Below, one piece after another: positions 52,600 through 61,175 of a stretch of 64,000 bases of DNA (positions within the stretch are counted from its first letter, which is position 1; the number at the start of each line of letters is the position of its first letter). The position numbers and the translations under genes were made by a program. The DNA comes from a virus (taxonomy: Duplodnaviria; Caudoviricetes): positions 13,898 through 77,897 of IMG/VR virus record IMGVR_UViG_3300032007_000065, one strand, 5' to 3'. The notes below the pieces were generated by a model that had not been told where the DNA came from, did no database searches, and saw only the letters and a list, made by a program, of their open reading frames with translations.

Positions 52600-55500
52600 T
52601 CGGTTCGTGAAACTGTCCACTGGATTGCCCCGCCCAAGCTATGTGCAGCTATGCCCAACTTTGCCGACGCTGAACTTCACTGCACGGGACATTACCAATG
52701 CGGAATATAACCGCACAGGACTTTGCCGGTGTGGAGCTTAACTACACAGGGCTCTACTAACACGGACTCGTGTCGAAGTTTGGCCTGACACTGTTAAACC
52801 TTCCTTCGCCTCACCATCACTTCGCATTCCGAACATGACATACCTGTGCCGCAGCGAGACGATAACTCGCAAAACGTCTCTGGACTATGTCCAGCCGCCG
52901 CTTTGGCTCTGCTAGACTTCCTTCACCGCTGCTTCGGTTTCCGAACATTCATTCGCGCCATGTAATGTCATTGCCTAGCAATGCAATGCCATGACGAGAC
53001 GATGACGTGCGCAGCTCGTCTGGACTATGTCCCACCATCGCATTGGCTTTCGAGCAGGCATTGGAATGACATGCTATGCATCGCCGCAACAAGATCTGGC
53101 TTCTATAACGTGAATATGTCCTGCCGCAACGAGACTAAGCCGTTTATGACGTCACTACGTACTGCCACAACGAGACTAAACCCCGTATAATTCGACTGGA
53201 CTGTGCCATTGCGCGACTACACCAAGCTATGCCATTGCGCTACTGCACCTAGCCTGACGTTAATAAGGCTATGCCGTGGCAATACGGTGATGTGCTTGAC
53301 TCATCCGAACTGTGCCATTCCGCTACAGTCCACGCCTGACGTTAATATACCATACCGCAACGAGACTAAGATTGCTATGCCGTCAATAAGCCAAGCCTGA
53401 CGCTGATAGGCCATGCCTCAACGAAACTAAGTATGCTATACATATCCATGACGATTCAGGGTAATTCATTTCATTTCGCAGCCGGTGATTCGCAGTTCTG
53501 GACGATCCGTAATAGACAATGCCGTTACGTAGTCAGACGTTGCCCACAGCAGTATGCAATTCCTCGTATAGCCTGGACAATTCATTTCAATTCGTAGCCG
53601 GTGATTCGCTGTTCCAGACGATCCTTTGCCTGAACTTAAGAATGCTTTTCCACCCCCAAACTTCGCTAAGTAAAACTCGGCAATGGGACACCGTTACGTC
53701 GTACACTGTGTCTCAGATTGCCATTGCGTTGATTCGCTACAGGTTCCTTCGCAGTTCCGTTGGTTCGCCACACATTCTTCACCATGGCGTAGCATTCTTC
53801 ACAATCGACACCATAGTTTGCCATCGCATTTGTGACGAGATGTAGCGTGTCTGAGATATGGGCCGCCGAGACATTGCGTTGCCTAATTTAACTCTGACCA
53901 GCATCGGACTACTTTCTTCGCCAAAACTTGGCAATACCGAACACTGCCATGACCCCAGATGGCTATGATGTGCTTCACTCTTCCGTCACCTCGCTGGACG
54001 ATGATATGCTTTGCCTTTCCATGGCCATACTCGGTATAGTAGTACATTGCCATGGCCCCACGCGACGATGATGTGCTTCTCCATGACAGAACTTGATTCA
54101 ACTACACGTTTCAATGCCATTGAGTAACTGAGGTATGCGTTGAGCCGCTTCACATTGCCATTGGGTAACTTAGGTGTACACTGGGTCACTATGGCTCGCC
54201 ATTGAGTAACTGAGGTATGCATTGGGCCGCTTCACCTCGTCATTGGGTAACTTAGATGACTTGGACGCGCACTAAGTCACTTTAGTCTGTCATCGCCGCA
54301 TTACACAATGACTCACTTTAGTCTGCCATCGCCGCATTACACAATGACTCACCTTTGCCATAGAATGGTACGCTATGACTCGCCATTGCCATACTTCATG
54401 AGACCTTACCTTGCCATTACTCGACTAGACGGGAATGAAAACCAGACGCTATCATGTATTGCGGTTCCGCTACGGAACGAAACCTCATCGCACCTGGACT
54501 AACGAAGACAGGCCCTCACGAGATGTTGAGCCGTGTAACCAAACAGCGCCAAAACTCTGTCCCATATGACTGAACATCGGTCAACCAAAACATTGCTGCA
54601 TTGCTCAGGACACATCAGTGCCTAAACGAAATGGCACCGCGAGTAACTCTAGCCTACCTATACCAAATGGCACTGCGGCTGACTCTAGCCTACCCATACG
54701 ACATGACGCATTGAATTACTCTAGCCTACCCTGCCCAATACGACACGACACATTGAATTACTTTAGCATACCTTGCCTATACGTTACAGTATGGCGCAGC
54801 AAGTGACTTTAGCCTGCCCTTACGACATGGCACATCGAATAACTTAAGCATGCCTTGCCTATACGAAACTGCACAGCGAGCGACCTCAGCCTACCGTTAC
54901 GGCACTCGATGGCGCCTCGCCTCACCTCACCGTTGTGTCACTATGCAAATCCAGACTCTGCCATTACAATATAGCACATCGTCTGGCTTCACTTCGCCGT
55001 TGTGTTACGCCACTTGGTCTCGTTGCGCTTCACCATTGCTTACACATTGCGAGTCCTTACTTTGCCCCGCCGTTGCTCTACCGCGCAAGTCCTTGCCTTA
55101 CCATTACAACACGCCACTCGAGTATGCCCGACCAGGTTTTACCATAGCAACAGTCGACGATGTCTGACCGCACTTACCTCACCTATGCAGCACTAAACAA
55201 TGGCCCGCCTCGCCCAGCCGACACACAGGACCGGATCACGCGAATGAGCAAAACTTTGCTCTGCCTCAACAGTACTGGACATTGAGTTGCCCTGCCACAG
55301 CATCGTTGCACTGGGCAATGATTAACCTTACTTTGCCAATACACCGAACTGCTTAACCCAGCGTCACAGCACTAAGCCATTGACTAGCCTAGCATCGCCG
55401 ATGCACTGTCATTCTGCACATAGCCATTAGGATACACGGCGTTAACTGGAAGCACCATTCCTAACTCTTCCATTGTCTGACTTTGAAATACAAAACGCTC

Positions 55501-56319
55501 GACATAGAGAGTTTCACTATGTGATGCCGCAGCCTCACGAGGCTAGACGTTATTGGACCATCCCTCGCCGATACTAGAGGCGACGTTACAAAGCGATGCC
55601 TCTCACTTCAGATAGCCTCACGTTCTGCGCTTGTCCATAACGCAACTTCGAATTGAGCTTCCGTACATGACCATACCGTTACCCTGGTTGACTCAGCTAA
55701 TCCGAAACTTCACTTCACTTTTCCAGAAAGGGCATAGCTATTCCGTCACCGTAAATGACTCACAAGACCGCACTCCACTCTTCCAGACTTAGCCGAAGCA
55801 TAGAATAGATTGGCCCCGTTTCACTTCGCCAATACTGCATCTTTCATGACCATACCTTCACCGCATACAACTAAGCCCACAGCAGCGACTCGCTTTCCCG
55901 GCAGCGCATATCGACACCGGTGCTGCACGAAGCGCCATTTTACGCAGTAATGCGTCGCTATTCCCATGCCGAAGAAGATCCAGGCCGTAGATAGCCAACA
56001 CAGCTCGCCGGAGCGTAATACTGGACTTTAGCCGAAGCAGCTCTGGGTCATACCATAGATAGCCATCACATTGGCACACAAATGCTGAGCCATAGATAGC
56101 CACCACAGGTTAGCATTGTACATCGTTAGACCGTAGACAGCCACCGCAGACCAGCATGGTACTATACATCACTGAGCCGTAGATAGCCGCAGCGAATCAG
56201 CATAGGACACAGTTAGGCCGTAGATAACCGATACGTCCAAAAGCAAAGCACCACAATGCCGTTGATAGCCAACGCTTAGCGACGTACGACGCATCAATGA
56301 CTTACGATGCCAGCGCGTT
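52600..56319 (-). repeat. non-coding array of 5-nt-phased units (NRY-NN pentamers; units mostly 5n+1 nt), putative guide-RNA array (VIPR-like)
   Basis: No credible CDS over ~3.7 kb. Example minus-strand units: GGC AA AGT CC TGT GC GGT TA TAT TC CGC AT T / GGT AA TGT CC CGT GC AGT GA AGT TC AGC GT C / GGC AA AGT TG GGC AT AGC TG CAC AT AGC TT G (52727-52635). Boundary spacings of 31, 36, 41 and 46 nt recur. Confidence 0.85.
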
Positions 56320-56482
56320 CTGGACCTGACGGTCCAGGACCAAGCATCCCTTTCTTTACCGATACTTAGGGCTTACTGCCGCCCGAGACTTCGGGAGAGC
56401 GGCTGCCTATTGCTACGGATTCAAACGAAGCTCGTTGACCATCCAAGGTCAATTTACGGGACGGATCTAAGGCCCCGTATCG
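56320..56482 (-). ncRNA. structured leader of the array (four hairpins)
   Basis: Inverted repeats at 56320-56337, 56378-56403, 56435-56452 and 56455-56479. Confidence 0.55.
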
Positions 56483-56511
56483 AAAAAGAAAGGAACCCGA
56501 AGGTTCCTTTC
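56483..56511 (-). terminator. terminator downstream of the RAMP gene
   Basis: GAAAGGAACC-TTCG-GGTTCCTTTC followed by TTTTT; same hairpin at 57897-57927. Confidence 0.8.
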
Positions 56512-56588
56512 ATAAAGCCTGCGCCCGGGACCGCCGTAGGAGAGACGGCCCCAGACGCTGGAAGGCGAAGAGCTGGAAGTGAGTGAAA

Positions 56589-57638
56589 TCACTCCTCGCC
56601 CTCTGCTTTCTTCTTGGGGCGACCGCGCTTCTTCGGCGCTTCAGTGGCTCCGTCGTCGGAGTCGTCGGCCTTCTTGGCGCCCTTCGCCTTCTTCTCGGCG
56701 GCCGCTGCCTTCTTGGGTGCGAAGCTGTCGAAGGCGTCGCCGAACTTGGTGATGTCGGGCACAATCTTATTGATTCTGCCGATGATCTCCTTGTCGGTGG
56801 CCGTCAGCTGATCCTCTTCGAGATCGTCGTAGGGGACGCCGTCGCGGTTGCACAATGTCCACTCAAGTGTGCCCTTGCCGCCGCCTCTCCATTGTAACAT
56901 GCCCATCCACTCTTTGTAGTCGAGCGTCTCGATGCATGCTTTGAGAGAATTCTCGTTGAGCAGGCGGATGCCGAAGTAGAATTCCGTGCCAGCCGGCACG
57001 ATCTCCGATGTTGCCAGAGCGGTGCGCGGGCCCTTGGCGGTATCGGCACGGAGCGGGCGGGACAGCGTCCGCAGGTTGCCATGGTCATCGTAACTGGTGA
57101 TCTCTTCTCCCATCATGTTGGTGAAGGTCTCGGGGATAAAGAGTGGGATTTTGCGATTTGTCACGAACCAGGTTCCGTCAACCACCTTTTTGTGGGCGGT
57201 GATGCTGCTCGCTGCATATGTACCACCCTTGGCGGTGTCGGCGCGGTTCAGCATGCCGATGGACTCCTTGAAGGAGCCGCGCCACTGATAGTCATAGAGG
57301 AACGGCAGGTTGACGATGTTGCAGCCTTCGGGCACGACGTCGACTTCGGGGTCATAGTACTTGCCGTCGTCGGTGACGGCGAAGACCGCACGCGGGAAGA
57401 TGGTCATCTGGATGTCTTCGAGCTCCTGGTCGTTGCCGATGGCAGTATTGACGGCCAGCTCGTTTGCTTTGGCCTCCTCTTCAATGCCGAGGGGATCGGG
57501 GTTCTTGGATGCGATGAACTCCCTGTGGATGTCGGGGTTGTTGGGCTGCGTGCCCAACATCATGTTGGTGGTGCGGCATCTGACGTAGAAGAGCAGGCCG
57601 CTGCTGATAAGGGACTTTCTCTGTGAACTCCAACTCAT
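56589..57638 (-). CDS. stand-alone Cas7/RAMP-like protein (Vipr-like) with C-terminal AT-hook
   Basis: N-terminal strand plus MMLGTQP, YDYQWRGSFKE, LSRPLRADTAKGPRTALATSEIVPAGTEFYFGIRLL, G-rich loop GMLQWRGGGKG; tail KKRGRPKK; GAGGT SD before ATG 57638. Confidence 0.8.
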   Translation of the reverse strand: MSWSSQRKSLISSGLLFYVRCRTTNMMLGTQPNNPDIHREFIASKNPDPLGIEEEAKANELAVNTAIGNDQELEDIQMTIFPRAVFAVTDDGKYYDPEVDVVPEGCNIVNLPFLYDYQWRGSFKESIGMLNRADTAKGGTYAASSITAHKKVVDGTWFVTNRKIPLFIPETFTNMMGEEITSYDDHGNLRTLSRPLRADTAKGPRTALATSEIVPAGTEFYFGIRLLNENSLKACIETLDYKEWMGMLQWRGGGKGTLEWTLCNRDGVPYDDLEEDQLTATDKEIIGRINKIVPDITKFGDAFDSFAPKKAAAAEKKAKGAKKADDSDDGATEAPKKRGRPKKKAEGEE

Positions 57639-57713
57639 TTCATGTACCTCACTTTTTAAATTTTTTCGACTCCGGTGACGCATCGAGCTCCCACACGTCA
57701 CTTTCATCACCGA

Positions 57714-57742
57714 AATGATATACGGATGAAAATCGAGTTCGC
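57714..57742 (-). promoter_or_regulatory. class A promoter of the RAMP gene
   Basis: GCGAACTCGATTTTCATCCGTATATCATT; shares CTCGATTTT.ATCC..ATAT.ATT with the 41-bp promoter at 16736. Confidence 0.6.
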
Positions 57743-57896
57743 GTTTAGAAATCTACGCGAAAACTGCGAATTCCGTGTTTCCATGTGGGCAAGGTGCACG
57801 CTGGAGTCCAGTCGTCCGACGTCGATTTTCTGGCCGAAGCCTTCTCGGAACATCGGAAACTGCCGGTGCTGGAGAGACCGAATCTTGAGCCGAGCC

Positions 57897-57927
57897 AAAA
57901 AGAAAGGAACCCGAAGGTTCCTTTCTT
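57897..57927 (-). terminator. terminator after the DNA polymerase gene
   Basis: Same hairpin as 56483-56511. Confidence 0.8.
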
Positions 57928-57933
57928 GTGTTT

Positions 57934-59925
57934 TCAGAGATCGACGACGTTCGTCAGATACTCCTTCGAAGAGCTCGGGCGCTGGATCTTGAGGCCGAGA
58001 CTCTCCATAATCGGATTGATCATCTTGATGGTCGAGTTGATAATGCGATCGGTGTCCATGAAGTCGACGAGCCAGTCGGGCATCGGAATCTCAGTGTTCT
58101 TCGGTTTGGCGACGACCGTCAGGTTCATGGCTGCGATTTTCGGATTTCGATTCGAGAAGATCTCCTTGTCGATCCTGGCATAAACCTCGGGCCAGTGCTC
58201 CTGGAGATAGGCGCGGCCACGCTGAGACGACATGGATCGAATCGGAATGATGTCGACGTCGGAAGGCAGCTCGATGGCGTACTGGGGTTCGATGGCATTC
58301 CAGAGCATGACGCCGCGGATGCCATTGATGCGCAGAGGATCAGCGTAGTGCTCAGGGGCACTGATGTTGGCCTGACGATAGTACGTCGACTCGCCTGCCA
58401 GCATGGACCGCTTCAGCTCCTTCTTCAGCCAGTTGACTTTTCGGAGAATGGTGCGAAGGTCGATGATCTCGGGTTTCAGGATCTCTTCGAGACAGAGGTC
58501 CTTGTAGTACTCGCGGACCGACTCCTTCGTCACTGACTTGATGAAGTCCATGCCCTTGACTTCGATGATGCCGTCTCCGTCGTTCAGCAGTTTGCCCTCC
58601 TGAATGATCTGAAGGTCGACGTAGCGCTTCTTGACGTCACCGAAGAGGATACGGCCGAAGTAGAATTCGTTCTTCATCGACAGGAACTCGACCCAGTTCT
58701 CAGCGACGTTGAAGTCTCTGGCCAGCATCTTGAGGTTTCGATCGACGACGATGGTCAGGAAGATGGTGATGACGTTGGCGGCCACGAAGGTGAACTCACG
58801 CTCGTCGATGGGATAGTTGTCGTTGAATACTTCGTGTTTGATCTGGTTCACCCAACGGGCCAGCGACACAAAGTTCGAGTCGGTGTCGATGTAGAGGACA
58901 CCGGCTCTGGACTCATAGGCCATCTTGCGCACCGAATCGTAGATCGGGTGATTGTAGAAGACGAAGGTGTCGTAGAATCTCCAGAGGTCCATGATCTCGT
59001 CACGGATGTCTTCGTCTTCGATCTTGTTGATGTCCGGCAGATGGAGCTCCGGAATGCCACTGAAGATCTTGTGGAGCTTCTGCTGGATGACGGCGAGTCG
59101 ATTGAACTCCATGAAGTTATTCTTATAATAGAGCATCAGCAGAACCGGCTCCGGCAGATGCTCCAGAATCTCTTTGGTGTTCGTGATGACCGTCAACGGC
59201 ATCGGGAACTTACACTTCTTAACAATTCGGTCGTAGACCTCGTCGGGTCTCTTGGTGACGCCGAGGATGCTGAAGTCAAGATGGCTCCACTTCTCGTTGT
59301 ACTCCTCGACGATGCAGTCGATGTACTCGTAGAGCTCGCTGGCGGTGCAGATGCAGCAGTTGTCGCAGAGGAAGTTCTCGAAACCGCAGGCCGCCGTCGA
59401 GATGATGACTCGGCCGAGACGGGTGACGGCTTCGGCGTGGAAGATGTTGTGGAGGATGAACTTCGCGTAGCCGAGAACGCCGTAGAGGGAGTTGAGGCGG
59501 ATCTTCAGGTTATTCTGGCGGTTGTTCAGCATGTCCCACATGCGCCGATTGTGCTCGTCGCCGACTCGGTCGTAGGTGTCACGTTCCTTCTTGGCAGCCT
59601 TTCTGCCTTTCTGTCCGGCGATGATGAAGTCGCGCATCGGATTCGGCATGTTGTCATGGGGCACGAAGAGGGTATTGGCGCCACCGACGACGAGCTTCTC
59701 CTTGTCGATCATGTCGGTGATGCTCAGAGCGTCGGCACTGACGACCTGGCGCCGTGTGTTATTGATAAGATAGACCTGTGGATTCTTCAGTTCCTTCTCG
59801 GCCATCTTGTCGAGAAGGCGTTCCACTTTCTTCAGATTGATGCTGTCGCCGAAGCGGTACTGGACGATTCGCAGTACGAAATCCTTCCACTTTCGGACGA
59901 TTGCAGCTTCTTTTCCATTGGCCAT
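57934..59925 (-). CDS. family B DNA polymerase, subunit carrying motifs B and C (split jumbo-phage type)
   Basis: LKIRLNSLYG (KxxxNSxYG), YIDTDS, MKNEFYF, EVKGMDFIKS; no motif A or exonuclease motifs seen. Confidence 0.88.
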   Translation of the reverse strand: MANGKEAAIVRKWKDFVLRIVQYRFGDSINLKKVERLLDKMAEKELKNPQVYLINNTRRQVVSADALSITDMIDKEKLVVGGANTLFVPHDNMPNPMRDFIIAGQKGRKAAKKERDTYDRVGDEHNRRMWDMLNNRQNNLKIRLNSLYGVLGYAKFILHNIFHAEAVTRLGRVIISTAACGFENFLCDNCCICTASELYEYIDCIVEEYNEKWSHLDFSILGVTKRPDEVYDRIVKKCKFPMPLTVITNTKEILEHLPEPVLLMLYYKNNFMEFNRLAVIQQKLHKIFSGIPELHLPDINKIEDEDIRDEIMDLWRFYDTFVFYNHPIYDSVRKMAYESRAGVLYIDTDSNFVSLARWVNQIKHEVFNDNYPIDEREFTFVAANVITIFLTIVVDRNLKMLARDFNVAENWVEFLSMKNEFYFGRILFGDVKKRYVDLQIIQEGKLLNDGDGIIEVKGMDFIKSVTKESVREYYKDLCLEEILKPEIIDLRTILRKVNWLKKELKRSMLAGESTYYRQANISAPEHYADPLRINGIRGVMLWNAIEPQYAIELPSDVDIIPIRSMSSQRGRAYLQEHWPEVYARIDKEIFSNRNPKIAAMNLTVVAKPKNTEIPMPDWLVDFMDTDRIINSTIKMINPIMESLGLKIQRPSSSKEYLTNVVDL

Positions 59926-60007
59926 TTCAGTTCTCTCCTTTCGAGATAAGGGATTGCTTCGACGACATCAGGAAACTGAGTGTCGGAGTTCTCCGTCGAT
60001 TCGTCGA

Positions 60008-60019
60008 AATGATATATGG
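60008..60019 (-). promoter_or_regulatory. class A promoter motif CCATATATCATT
   Basis: Upstream of the polymerase gene. Confidence 0.55.
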
Positions 60020-60052
60020 TTTCATTCCCCTGGACTCCAATAAAAATCGACC

Positions 60053-60084
60053 AAAAAGAAAGACCCGAAGGTCTTTCTTTCATT
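60053..60084 (-). terminator. intrinsic terminator
   Basis: GAAAGAAAGACC-TTCG-GGTCTTTCTTTTT on the minus strand. Confidence 0.8.
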
Positions 60085-60096
60085 ATGTAAGACGAT

Positions 60097-61029
60097 TCAG
60101 CGACAGATGTATGTCGTAGAACCGTATTTCGGATAGTCATAGACACGTACGACCTCCTTGCCCTGGACGTAGTTCGACTGCCAGACGGTCGTCGTGTCGC
60201 CGTCCCAGGGTCCGTTCTCCAGCGCATCTTTCATGATGTTATAGCAGCGCTGATCGTAGTACGTCAGATTACATGTGGCATACTGCCCTCTGGCGTAGAC
60301 GACGCTGGTGATGGTATTCGGAAATCGACCGTCTTTGATACGGTTGACGATGACAGCTGCCACGTCGCGACGATGCTGATCCGTGCACCAACTTGCGCCG
60401 GCTTCTCCGTAGAGCACCGCAGCGGCCTTCTCGAGTTCCGCTTCGGTGTAGTCCACATAGGGCACGTGCTCCGGCGCCGGATCCATTGTGTCGTAGATTT
60501 CGTTCCAGTCTGCAAACGTCGAAAAGATATCCGTCTGCTCATCGGCTCGGCCGAGGTCGATGAGTTTCAGATTTCTTTGGGACTCGAGCAGTTCGCAGAG
60601 GATATAGAGCAGACCTTCATCGGCTGGATCCTCTTGCTTCCGGGCGATATTGTAGACTCTGCGGATCAGTGCCGAGTAATCGACGTCACCATCGTAACCT
60701 TCGACTCGGCAGAGGACGCGCGTCATCTCAATGACGTTCTCGTCTTCCTCCGGCAGTTCTTCGGCGTTGGTAGAGTCCGGGGTCAATTCCGTGTCGACTC
60801 TGTAGTCGACGACCTCCATGTCTTCAGCCCAGCTGGCATTGGCCTCGCCGCTGTCGCTGCCGAAGATGACGATGCCGACGGTCACCATGAGTAGCGTCGA
60901 CATCGCGACGACGATGCCGCACTTGATTCTTGCGACCTTGCGACGCCGCTCTGCCGCCCGGCGCTTCCGTTCGGCGCGCATCGCCTCATAGTCGCGATGC
61001 CTTCTTACGGTGTATTCTCTTGCTTCCAT
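60097..61029 (-). CDS. membrane-anchored SleB/CwlJ-like cell wall hydrolase (Hydrolase_2)
   Basis: Basic N-terminus plus TM helix; VLYGEAG..VAAVIVNRIKDGRFPNTITSVVYARGQY; GGAGG SD. Confidence 0.85.
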   Translation of the reverse strand: MEAREYTVRRHRDYEAMRAERKRRAAERRRKVARIKCGIVVAMSTLLMVTVGIVIFGSDSGEANASWAEDMEVVDYRVDTELTPDSTNAEELPEEDENVIEMTRVLCRVEGYDGDVDYSALIRRVYNIARKQEDPADEGLLYILCELLESQRNLKLIDLGRADEQTDIFSTFADWNEIYDTMDPAPEHVPYVDYTEAELEKAAAVLYGEAGASWCTDQHRRDVAAVIVNRIKDGRFPNTITSVVYARGQYATCNLTYYDQRCYNIMKDALENGPWDGDTTTVWQSNYVQGKEVVRVYDYPKYGSTTYICR

Positions 61030-61085
61030 GGTTGTGCCTCCTAAGTCAATGATCGAAACACCTAGGGATGATGCTTCGTCACAGT

Positions 61086-61097
61086 AATGATATACGG
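61086..61097 (-). promoter_or_regulatory. class A promoter motif CCGTATATCATT
   Basis: Upstream of the hydrolase gene. Confidence 0.55.
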
Positions 61098-61175
61098 TCT
61101 CCATTGTCGAGATTACGATTCCGTTGTCTAACCCAAAAGAGACGGAGAACCGAAGTCCTCCGTCTCTCGAGTCGG

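Noticed and set aside
52418-56222. Short ORFs inside the pentamer array (e.g. 52981-53190, 53519-53845, 53883-54101, 54850-55167)
   Set aside because: No SD, atypical codons and C/H/R/L-rich translations expected from pentamer phasing; unit lengths of 5n+1 do not preserve a reading frame.
52600-56319. Canonical CRISPR array
   Set aside because: No invariant direct repeat alternating with unique spacers, and no cas1/cas2/cas6; conservation is at the pentamer level.
57636-57643. ATG-AAA-TGA mini-ORF overlapping the RAMP start
   Set aside because: Too close to the SD, and a similar ATGAAATG overlap occurs at about 45647; no evidence of function.
24021-59925. Inteins or group I introns in ligase, RNAP or polymerase genes
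   Set aside because: Frames are continuous, with no intein splice motifs or homing endonuclease signatures noticed.
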